A stretch of DNA of 64,000 nucleotides from Felis catus (taxonomy: Eukaryota), in assembly GCF_018350175.1 (NCBI RefSeq), contig NC_058368.1:151034001-151098000 (forward strand). The letters are read 5' to 3'. The notes under the pieces are model-generated. The model was not told where the DNA came from, did no database searches, and saw only the letters and a list, made by a program, of their open reading frames with translations. The translations under genes and the position numbers were made by a program. Within the stretch, counting starts at the first letter, position 1. Each line of letters begins with the position of its first letter. Shown piece by piece: positions 37,501 through 49,950 of the stretch.

Positions 37501-38858
37501 AGATGCATGGTGAAATGGTGAGATCAGAAAGGGGCCCTGCATTTGATAATAATGCAAAAACAAAACAAAAAATAGCATGAAAGAAACTCATTAGTATATA
37601 CAATGGATGTCAGTTGACCCAAAAGATTGCTAATGTATTAAAAACAATTTAGGGTGTTGCAACGTGATATGTTCTAATCCCACAGGTTATCCTTTTGACA
37701 GCTGACCTTGAACTTATAAAATGTATGCAGAGTAAAAGAAAACAGAAAGAAAATAGTTACTCAAATGTGCAACTGCACAAATATACCCCCCTCCCGCTAT
37801 TAAGATAACAAAACTTCTGCTATTACCATAATATTATATATATTAGAAAGCTATACACAAGCATGTTAATTTCACAGATTTTTTAAAAGATTCTTAATAT
37901 TTTATATAATTAGAAATACACATTTCAAAAACAAAACTTCTACAAAGAGAAAACAGTTATCTTGGTTAGCAAAGCATGGAGTTCCTCATGGCTTAGGGTA
38001 GTGCTTTCTATACAAAAAGTCCTTTTTGGTTTTTTACAGGACTGTTTAAAATATTAGCGAAGCTATCAAGGGGGAAAAAACACATTTTGGCTTAAGTAAA
38101 CTACAAAAAGCCACAAATGCTTTGCAAACTCTGTCTTACCTTTTATATGAAAATAAGCAAAATGTAATGTACATATTTTTATATTTTTATTTAATAAGAG
38201 ATGCAGACCCAGATTTATTTATTTATTTAATTAAATACGTTAGCCCTCAAACTCCACATTTTTTTTTTTTTTAAATAGGTATGGTCCTCGTTTAATGGTC
38301 GTTGATCCTTTTTAATGAGTGCCATACGCCAATGATATGCGTGCAGGTTTGTGAGCGCGTTCTCGGGATGTTAGGTGACCTGGTGTGTTCCTAACATTTA
38401 CCAATGGCCACCCTTTGCCGGGTCTGTCCAAAACATCTATACATTTTTCTATATGTTGCATAACAGCTGCTCTCTCTTTCAGTAAAGATCTGCCGCTTTT
38501 GGCAAATGTTTCCTTTTGTCTATTTACATGTAAATAACGTTGAACCTGCAACATGACACTATCTATTGTAACATACATTTTGCAAAGGAGCACAACAGTG
38601 AAAAGAAGTTAGCCTTAAAATCTATTTTGTACAAGTGTTCTGTTGTACAACTCAAGTGCTAAGCTTATCTCAGCATTTCTGTTTATCTTTATACTGTATC
38701 ACTGAGGCAATTTAAAAGTACTTTTACAAAACAGAGTACCTGACTTTTTTTTTCCACACACAGCACATATAATGCATATCGACCCCCCTTCCCCATTAAG
38801 GTATAGCACACACACACACTGCAAGAAAAAAAAAAAAAACTATTAAGTAATAATCTGA
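34510..38858 (-). other. MEF2C: MEF2C 3'UTR (~4.3 kb; distal end approximate)
   Basis: Follows stop codon; free of recognisable TEs, AT-rich, many miRNA seed matches; distal AATAAA at 34529-34534. Confidence 0.75.
34529..34534 (-). terminator. MEF2C: Candidate distal polyadenylation signal AATAAA
   Basis: tttatt on + strand. Other candidates at 35194-35199, 37103-37108, 38186-38191 and tandem copies at 38214-38228. Confidence 0.55.
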
Positions 38859-39203
<345 letters not shown>

Positions 39204-42200
39204 TTACAGATGGAGGAGGCCTGGAGCCCCCAGGAACTCACAATTACATAACACATCAGCTTCAAGACTCGCATAGACACCAGAGCATGCCCAGAGGGAG
39301 GAGAGCGTGCTCGAAGCACTTAGGGGCATTGCCTTCTCAGAGCCATTTAGGATGCACGGTAGTAATTACAGCATTTCACTGTTCTGGGCCTCATGAATCA
39401 TACCTCTAGTCTCTGACAGGCTCCCTAAACATACAGGTGACTGGCTCAGAAAGGCTTAACATGACATGCTGGAAAAAGCATTTTCTGTGTCCATGGAATT
39501 TCTCCCTAGACTACTTCCAAAATATAAGCTATGATTTAAGATACAGTGTTTAGCCTTTGAATTAGACGCCTTTGATTTACTAATGTGTGTGTGCTGTAAA
39601 AAGCTAGTTATAGATATAAATGTTTCCCTCTGTGTAATAAGCACATGCACGTTAAGTTGTATAGTCTTCAGACAAAGTGAAGAAAGTTCAAATTTCAAAT
39701 GAATAAATGCACAAAATGCTACATTTATAGCTGTAAATGATGTAAATGTAATTATAACTGTATCTGGTGAAAAGATTGGAAGAGGGGAGAGAAGGAGGGG
39801 AAGGAGGTTGAAAGTTATCTGCAGAACAGTTTATTGGCTTAAAAACACTGAGACTTCCTACCCTACTAAAACTGATCAACAGTATGACTTTCTCCATTGT
39901 TTGTCAGTTACACGGGATGAAACTGCTGTCTATTTTCCACAACTGCTTCAACTTTATTATTGAGAATCTCTCCCTGCTGGGGTGCTTAGTAGGGTATCAC
40001 TCATATTTATAATTGGCATGAGTTGAGGAATCTGGATTTGTCTAAGGAAAGGTTGTTGTAAAGAAGGATCTAGTGTGATTTTATCGTGTTTATATGCCTT
40101 AATCCTCATTTATTCCAGGAGATCTTCCAAAATGTGGAAGAATTTAGATACTTGAAACTCTGGAGGGAAAAGCATTAAGCCCTTAGTGTAGATTAGCAAT
40201 CACAATGACTTTGATCAGGATAAACCAGAAGAACATTGCCGACATCAATTTTAAGATGCTCATACTGTTCTCACATTCTGATTGCACGGACATTCATGGC
40301 TAGAGTCAGCATTACTTGCCCATGTTGTCAAGAGAGTGCAGATACCTTTTTTAGTGAGGAGGAGGAGCTGCAGGAAAGAATAATCTATCCAGATACGCCC
40401 ATTCTAAACAAAGGAAAGCCAGGCTACCTACTCCTGTATGTGATTACGTTACTTTCAAATGGAGAGAATTAGAGGACATTAAAAAGTCATTATGAGAAGG
40501 CAGAAAATGGGTATATGTTTCAGAGGAAAAAGTGGAATAACTTGGGGCCGGCTTTTTGGGAGATGCGATTCAGGCTCAAAATGTATAGAGATATAAAATT
40601 AGTCAAAATGAGTTTATCTTTGAGTGATGTTTTATACAAAAGCACCACCTACTGGCAAAGAACTACTTTCCTTCTCTAATAGATGAGCTAATGTCGAGAA
40701 TAACATAAAGGAGAATTATTTGTTTCCCTAGTAAGCCTTTCTTTCTCTGGCTTTTATGTGTTAGAATTAAAACAGTCTTAGCATTTACATGAAGTTAGCA
40801 ACATTGAGTGTATATGATTTTCAATCGTCTGTTTATACTTGTCATTATTTATTTGTAGGTTATCTTTTACAGTCGATATTAGCATATTAATTTTCTAAGA
40901 GTTTTAATTAAATAATCTTCAAATCAAGAAGATATTAAAGTGGGGGTGACACCTGTATTTCAAAAGGATCTGTAATGGTGGACTATTTTATCTTGATTCA
41001 AAGTTACTTAGTGATTCATTTTGATGTCAGAGGAAATCATCTTTTGATTTCTGGAAGAAAGAATTTTCCTGGCTCTGGATAAGAAAGACTATTTCACTAA
41101 AATTTAATTAAATGCTTCTACTACGAGTCACACAACTCTTTAATAATGAATGTCAATTAGGAGTCTGAAAACAAAGCGGCATATCAACAAATGCTTTTGA
41201 CTGCCCTCTGACATTTAGATAGCTTCTTCACAGGCAGAGAAACATGGACAATTAGAAAAAAAATTCGGTGAGTTGGACTAGTTAGTATAAGCAGTTAATC
41301 TGGAAAAACTAAGCAAAAAATAGTATAATCAAAATGCTGCTTCTTTAACACAGCTTTTGGAAGCTGCATTACCTACTTATTTACTGTATCTCCCATTGTG
41401 AACTGGCTCAGATGGGTTCTGCTGCAGGCCTTCCCCGTAAGAGATGTAATACTGATTGTTTATGCCTTCCGTAGACAAATAGGCTAGTCCCTAAGTTTAC
41501 TTTTTGGTGGCACTTCATTTGACACTGAACGCATATATGAAGCATTTTGAGTAGTTCTGGGGACACTCAACCCACAGTAACGAAATGTACGTGATAACTT
41601 CGGTTCAGCATTAGTATACTGTGGTATAGGATTCCAAATAGCATGAAATGTAATTGGCTAGTGTCTGTTACCAAAGTATTATCTTGAAAAGAAAATGCAT
41701 TAAAAAATCACTTAGTGGTACGCATGCTAGATTCAGATACAAGCATGTTGGTCTGCTTGTTCTTGAGAACAAAATCTTTATAGGCCCAGATAATTGTGAA
41801 ATGCTCCATGTGTGTGGGTGAGAAAGAGGTGGGTGGGAGACAGAAGCCTGATGTGCAAGTTGCCCATATCGAATCCTGCTGCAAGTTTACATCTATTACA
41901 GATGCCTTCCAACTGGGAAAACACCTACCCTTCCCCACGATTGTTCAGAAGTGAAACAGAACCGGATAGTTTTGTTCAAATTTTGTACTGCCTCCGCCCA
42001 GAAATTAAACTATCGAACTATATTTAACCTAACCTTTTAAAAGTTGTCTGTAAACACCCACATCAACAACGATGATGTAAAGAAATGTTTCCAGAAAACA
42101 CGTTGCTTCTTTTTATAGGTGATATGAGAAAAGTACTTAAAAATTTGAGGGTCATTTTCTCAAATCTCCATATTCAAATGACACTTAACCCTTGAGGGCC

Positions 42201-42695
42201 AAGTTCCTTCGGCCAATCATCTCTGCTTCCTACATCAAATCAATGTATGCCATTTATCTGCCTTGGTTAGATAAAATCAGATGCTAGACAGTGTTAGAAG
42301 TACAGCTTCGGAGTTAAAGGCATTTCCATCAACAAAACAGAAGAGTCCTTTTATACTCTTAATTTTGGGAAAGAATTGTGGTGACCATCTTGGGCTGCTG
42401 GGAATAGCCAAGCCACTCTGGAGGCTGTATCTACTTTGAACACTGTTATCTGTCCAAAGGAATGTGAACTCACCACATAAGAGCATGAGGCTACTTTAGC
42501 CTAAAAAGATACTTATTTTTTAAATTAATTAACACTGTAAGGAATTAAGGCACCCCATATAATTTATTAATATAAATATTACAACTTGGGAGTTTTTTTA
42601 GAACAGTTTAACATTTAATTGTGTAAACATGGGCTAGTCCATTTGAAGGGACCCATTTTTAAAAAGCTACCCTGTGTGTGTGTATGTGTTATGAC

Positions 42696-42727
<32 letters not shown>

Positions 42728-42800
42728 GGAGAAAGAGGAAGGAAGGAAGGAAGGAAGGAAGGAAAGAAGGAAGGAAGGAAAGAAGGAAGGAAAGAAGGAG
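42696..42800. repeat. Compound (GA)n/(GGAA)n microsatellite
   Basis: Direct reading. Confidence 0.93.
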
Positions 42801-44714
42801 GGCCAGCCAAGATTAGAAGGGCTGAAGGGGGTATTCTATCTGAGGGATAAGGGAAGTGATTAAATACAATAAAAACTCATAGACTAATTATGCACCATGA
42901 TAACCGTTGCTGAAAGAAACCGGAACTAAACAAAATGCTTCATCCTTGGCTGTTGCCATTCGGTTCCTCTCTAGGCAAGTCCTCTCCTTTCTCATTTACT
43001 GAAGCCTTTATTAAGGGCAGCAGAGAATCAGACTCTTCACATGCAAAAAAAGGGACTTTTAAAATTATGGTATAGTTAAAATACATAAATGTGTTTTATA
43101 TATAAAATGCAAATTTTCAGGTGTTACTAATAACAAAAGAAAGCCACATTCAAAGCAAATACTGTGGCTCTTGACATTGATAATTTCTAAGGAAATCCAG
43201 TCCTCTAATGGATGAATTTTGTGAAAAGTGAGAAGTAAACAACTACCCTGATTTTTGTCAAGAAGCACATACAGTGGACTCACTGCTTAGCCATAGCAGA
43301 GCAATGTCACTTGTATGTATTTTAAGATTGCCATGATGGTACGACGTACTTAGGGATAATCACCTTAAAAAGTTATTTCAATAAATGTCTACTTGCATAG
43401 TTAACATTTCTGAGAAAACTTAAAAAGTCCTAAAAAGAGAAACCCTTTAGCAATATTTAATTTAAAAGAGAAACCCTATATCAATATTTAATATATCTTC
43501 AAAGCTAACAATCTTTTAAGAAAGCACAGCAACAATGTCATGTGAATTTATTTTATGGTTTATATGAAAGTTTAGATTTTCAACAATAGTGATTAGTGGG
43601 CAGGATACAGACAGGCAGTGAATGGGGGAAGACTCCATTACTAGAGCACTAATCTATGTGAAATAGATTCCATAAGAAAGCTAGGAGGGCAGCAAGGGGT
43701 AAGAGATGCGGTTGTGATGTCAATCAGTGATTTTTATTGTAATCAGTGTTTTTAGACTCATTATCTCTTTAGAAACAGAAGTATAGAACTAACTAGATCT
43801 TCTAACCAAATGGCTCAGCAGAAAAGTAAAAGTGAGGTAGACACACAGAATGTTTCTAAAATACAAAGATTTATCTTTCAATATTTTATATCTTCCTAGT
43901 ATTTTTCTTCTGAAGATGAACTGCACTTTTGGAGTTATTATGTCAACTGAAAGGCAGATCTTTGATTCATGTTTTAAACTTAAGAAAGCTATTTGTTTGA
44001 CACAAAGTGTGAATTATGAAGTCAGTGCTTTTTAAAGGTTTGCACATTTCTACAGATAAATGACAGGAGTCATTTCTATGATAAAGACATTTCTCAAAGT
44101 TACCACAAGGGGGCAGAAATACACATATTCTGATTTCAGAAAACAACAGAAATTATTTTTATACCCAAATTTAGGTAATTAGTATATATATGTACACATA
44201 CATATACATTTTTATTTGTACAATGTCTACAAATATACAACCATACTATGAATGCATTATTATAACTATATGAAATCTGTATATCAATAGAATAATAAAT
44301 CCTGTGAGCACTAGGTTAATGTTAGCATGACTATATGGTTCACGTTAAGTGATAAGGATTCCCAAATATCTCAAAAATGTTAAGAACTTTTAAGTGCTTT
44401 CTTATGTCCCACATGAGCTACATGAAAAGTTAACTAAATGAAATTTTGTCATTGACCCAAGTGGAAACCAGTATAGCCTAAAACAATAGGGAAATAATTT
44501 ACCTCATTATCACAGGGCTCCCTTCCTCTTAAAAAATAAGCCAAGTAATATTAAACCTGCTTGAAAGATACCGATCTGATCATTACTTTCCGATTTCGAT
44601 AAAGTAGGATTGTACCTCCTTTAATGGGACCTTAGAGCACAGTATTTAGAGACTGCCATTTGTCACTTAAAAATGCCTTCTGAAAGTGTTTTATGAGAGA
44701 AATAATATTGCTTA

Positions 44715-44882
<168 letters not shown>

Positions 44883-45440
44883 TTAATTTGGAAATTATAA
44901 AATGGTAAATAAACATTTCCAATTAAAAATATTCTATTAGTGCTATTTAATGATCATTATAAATTCTCTCATTTTGGGGGGGAGAAGGAGATAGAGCATC
45001 AGGAGCAATTTTTATTTAAAAGAGATACATATCATATACTGAAAGATAAGTATTCCACGAGAGCTTTGAAGGACAACCGTCTGAAATTTTAATTTATTAG
45101 AAGTACAATCCGGCATTACAGCATACACATATTTGATGATCTAGAAATGTTGTTTTAAACAATTCTAAGGAAGTGAGCTTTCTATTACATCAAGAAATAA
45201 TGGCTCGTTTTCCTTGAAATTGGTCTTTTATATTGAATTCAGGTTGGGTTAATAAAAACTTTCACTTAAGAAAGAAAAATATGGATATTTATTTTGTCTG
45301 AGCAAGAAATAGGTAACATATAGTCTCTGGACACCACAGGTACTACCTGAAGCTTCCTAACAGACTGAAAGGTAGTATCTTTTTTCATCTTGCTTTTTAA
45401 TAAAAAGTATTTAATGTACTATTTGAACATGGCAAAGCTA

Positions 45441-45578
<138 letters not shown>

Positions 45579-46464
45579 TTAAAGTAAATAAAGAGACATT
45601 ATTGACAGAATTTTTTAAAAGTTAAAAATGTTAGATTTCAGTATTAGTTTTGCACATAACGAGATAACTTGGTACAAATCTCCTGAAATTAATCATTTAA
45701 CATGTGTCTCTATGAACTCTGCCAACCCTATCATTTACAATCCTTCAAGAGACCAGTTGTTGCCATAGTAACCCATTACATCAGTATCTCCTAGGCAACT
45801 GAACTAGTAACAAGTACCATAAGCTTTATTATGAGTAAAAACAGACTATGTTGAAAACTGATGAAATATGTATACTGTACTTCCATTGTTTCAGTTTTTA
45901 TTCAAATGCAAATTAAAAAAAAATTAAAATCAACCATGGTGGTTTTTATGTTCAGTTCTATATACAGCAGAGCAGATGGGCACATTTCATGCTATACTCT
46001 GACCAGCAGGTGGTGCTCTGACCACTTTTTTCAGATTCTTCTAAACTTCCCTCAGAACTACATGGCAAACCAGCTAACATGTGTATTTAACTACTTACAG
46101 CAAGAAGATTAAAGATTCACATACATTTAAAGATCATGAGACTTTAATTCTTAGAAAAATAAGTATCCTCGTGGTTTAAATAACTAAGGAAATTATTTTC
46201 GTTTGAATTTTACTATAAATCAGGTCCTAAAATAAACTGAAAACATGGTCTTCACTTACAAAGGTTGAGACAGAAAAATAAATACCCTGATATTCTTTTC
46301 ACCTGTGTGTGGTACTTGAAATTAATGGCCCCGAAACAGAATTAATGTTGACATATTATGGTAACTTCCGGTATCTTCCCATTTTGCTAGAGCCACTCCA
46401 CCTAAAAGTCACCTTGGGTTTCTCCTTACATGTATCATTTAAGGGAAGTTCTCTTTCTACTTAC

Positions 46465-46488
46465 CAAAAGCAGGTCGACATCCTCAGA
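46465..46488 (-). CDS. MEF2C: MEF2C beta microexon (24 nt, SEDVDLLL)
   Basis: ctctcag|TCTGAGGATGTCGACCTGCTTTTG|gtaag; phase 0-0; absent from the ORF track. Confidence 0.96.
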
Positions 46489-48012
46489 CTGAGAGCATGG
46501 GGAAGGAGTTTTATTAATTAGTGTCTGTAAATATTTATAACTGGGCAAAACCTTTTCAAAAAAAGGCAAAGCATCTTCTGATAGACACAACAGTTTAAAC
46601 AATTTTAAAACCCAGACTCTAAAGATAACTCCTTACAAAGACATTCTTTGTTTCACTTAATGAGCGGTTTGTCTCAAATGTGAAGACAATCTATCTAGTT
46701 TTCCGCACAGGTCAGTGTCTCAAACTTCATTATTTCAGTACCACGTTTTGAAAAAAAAAAAAAAAAAAGAAAGCTTGTATTTTGAGACTCCACTCATGGA
46801 GCGCTGGAGGCGGGGGTGGGGGGGACCTGCACCTGGCCACCAGTGAGAGGCTGTACTGACCACTCACAGGATTCCTGGGAGAACATCAGTTTTAAGGAAC
46901 TTGGAATAAACCTGCTGATAGAGACAGCCTGCCCCGTATGGCCCACACTGCTTGGCTATGGCCCTGTGGGAGGTTTTATTTATTAGACTCGGTTCTTTCC
47001 GAAGGGAATGTTGCGTATTATGTGATTTTGGGGGGGGGGTTGATATTCAAAATTAATCTGCACTGTGCCATAATAAACTAATCAGCTTGCAGGACTGTTT
47101 TACCGTGAAGCCTGCCACAGAGCACAGAAAGGAAAAAAAGAGAAATGTGTTTGCAGAATGGTCTAAATTTGTCTACCGAATCTTGGTTTTAAATGTTCTC
47201 GCTCTTAAGCAAAGCTAATTTGGAGAACACTGATGTAAGTCTCTTTGTTGTTGAATTTGGCCCCACAATCATTATCTTCATCTTAGCCTGCAGACCCAGG
47301 AGAAAGAAAAATGATGGAGTCCGGGGATGTTGCTTGTATTTCTTATTTATTTATTTCTTATTTAATTTTTTCTTACAGTGTCAACTTTTTTTGTTGTTGT
47401 AAAATATAACCTTTGTTCTCATAATGCGTAGGATTTTAAAACAATTTGCTTTTGAGAGGTAGCTATTTGCATGAAGCACATATATAGAAATATGAATTGA
47501 GGCAGAGCACAGGCGCATGATGTATTAAGCATTATCACTGCAATATACCTAAGAAAAGAACGGCCAATTCACAGGAGAATGTTCATGTAGAAATTATGGA
47601 AAAGATTTTTGGTTGTCAGTACCTTGAGGACATAACTAGATCAACATTATAAAATCTGTTATGAAACTCCCTATTCTGTGAGTTTGATTCTACCATTGGT
47701 CAAATTGTATGCAACATAAGCAGAGTAATAAGCAATGATTTTTTTCTAATTATAAATTGGAGAGCTTAAAAGGAAATGGTTTCTTTGCCTCAGAACACCA
47801 GTTTTATAGTGAAGTTTATTGGATGTTGGTTTTTTTTTTTGTTTTTTTTTTTAACATGGAAAAGGGAAATGCGAACCAGTTACCAGAAATAATGGCTAAA
47901 TACAAACAGGGCTCCAGCAATAGCATTGATATGTTAATTTTCTAGGAGCACTTAAGTAATTCAAAATGTTAGACAAATACAAAAACAGCAAAACATATAC
48001 AAAACATTATCA

Positions 48013-48393
<381 letters not shown>

Positions 48394-49249
48394 TTAACAT
48401 TCTCTAAAGGAAGATTAAAAATGTTTTAACGAGAAGACAGCTAATCTATACCAACTTGCTCAGAAATCAGCATATACTTTTTTTCCATTAAAAAAATTTG
48501 GGAAGAAAGTCAGACCGTCTTCTTTCAGGGTCTAAGAAAAGCACAGAATCTGCCCTGCACTTTAATTGACTAGCTTGGCAAAGGCCTGGGCTGGCGTGAC
48601 TCACTCTTTCAGTTCAGTGGTTTGGGTTTTATTTTGTGTGTCTGTGTGTCCTTAAGTGAAGAGAGGGCATACCAGTAAGACTATCATTTCGAGGACATGC
48701 AGGGACAGTAGGCTCTTCCACAGTTTGCTGTTGACTTCCCCTTTTCTTTGAGTGGTTTCTCCCTCTGGTCCTCTTATGTCGGGTTTGCTCTCCTCACAAG
48801 TTCCGTGTATGACCCTGACAGCTTGCTTTCCTGTTCACACAGAATTTCAAAATGCAGGTCTCCTACTTAGGAGCTGAAATGAAGGGTTGATGCCTCCAAA
48901 AGTACTGCTTCACCAAGGCACAGGGATAGTCATCTGATGTGAACACTGAAGGGGTTTTCTTAGATCTCTGATGCTCAACGCCCTACTAACAGAAACGGAT
49001 ATCTGAAGGATGCCATTTCTCATAATTCAAAATATACTGCTCCATGACAGGAAGAGCTACGGAAGGAGTTGAGGCAACATTAGCTGAGGCAGAATGTCAT
49101 CTGTTGGCTTCATTCATGGCCTCTGATTGGGGAATAAGAGAAACCCACTACCCGACTCTACAATCCTTGCTGTAAAACTAGATGTTTGTTTTCTGAAGCA
49201 CTTTAAAGGCGACAATCAAACCTCGCTGTTATGGTTGGTCATCATTATC

Positions 49250-49950
49250 ATTATCCTAAAACACAAGTGTCTATTACTCCAGGATGAATGATACTGTGTG
49301 CTACTCCATGAGGAGGCAAGGACGTGGCCCCAGTCCTCAAAGGCCCTGCAATTCCTTTATGGTAATCCAATACGCACATGTGTGAGATGTACAAACCAAG
49401 ACAAGGCAGCCTAGGGAGAGATGCCCACAGAGTAATCCAGATTAAGTGTTATTGAGTTCCCAGGAGGGAAGAGATTATCCAATAAAGATTCACCTAAGAG
49501 GCAGGAACTGATATGGGCCTTGAAAAAAGAGAAGGGACAGTAAGACACACTGGGCTTGTGACTGGGCTGTGGGAAAGGGCTGAGGTGGGAATTTACAGAG
49601 CACGAGTCGGGGGGCACTGTGAGCAATCTGGCTAGAAGGGAACTCCTAAAAAGAGAGGAGTGTCGAAGACCTTGGAGGGACGTGGAGATCTTGGATTCCA
49701 GCCCGACACACCTTGGTTGTAAATGGTGGCAATGCAGATCCGTGAAGGTCATAGAGCAGAAGTAGGACAAAGGCCTCTAAGTGGACAGAGAGATCTACTG
49801 GCCCTGGCGTACCCTGTAATTAGAAAGGCCTGGGAGTATGGGGCACTGATGGTGTGAACTAGAGGTGATGAGGGACTGGGAAGGCAAAGCACAGGCGTAT
49901 TTCAGGAAATATTTAGGGAAACATTTTTTGAATTAGAATACATTTGAGGC
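49250..49950. mobile_element. Degenerate L2 fragment
   Basis: ccccagtcctcaa..tgggccttgaa..gagggactggg..ggaaatatttag L2-like motifs. Confidence 0.45.
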
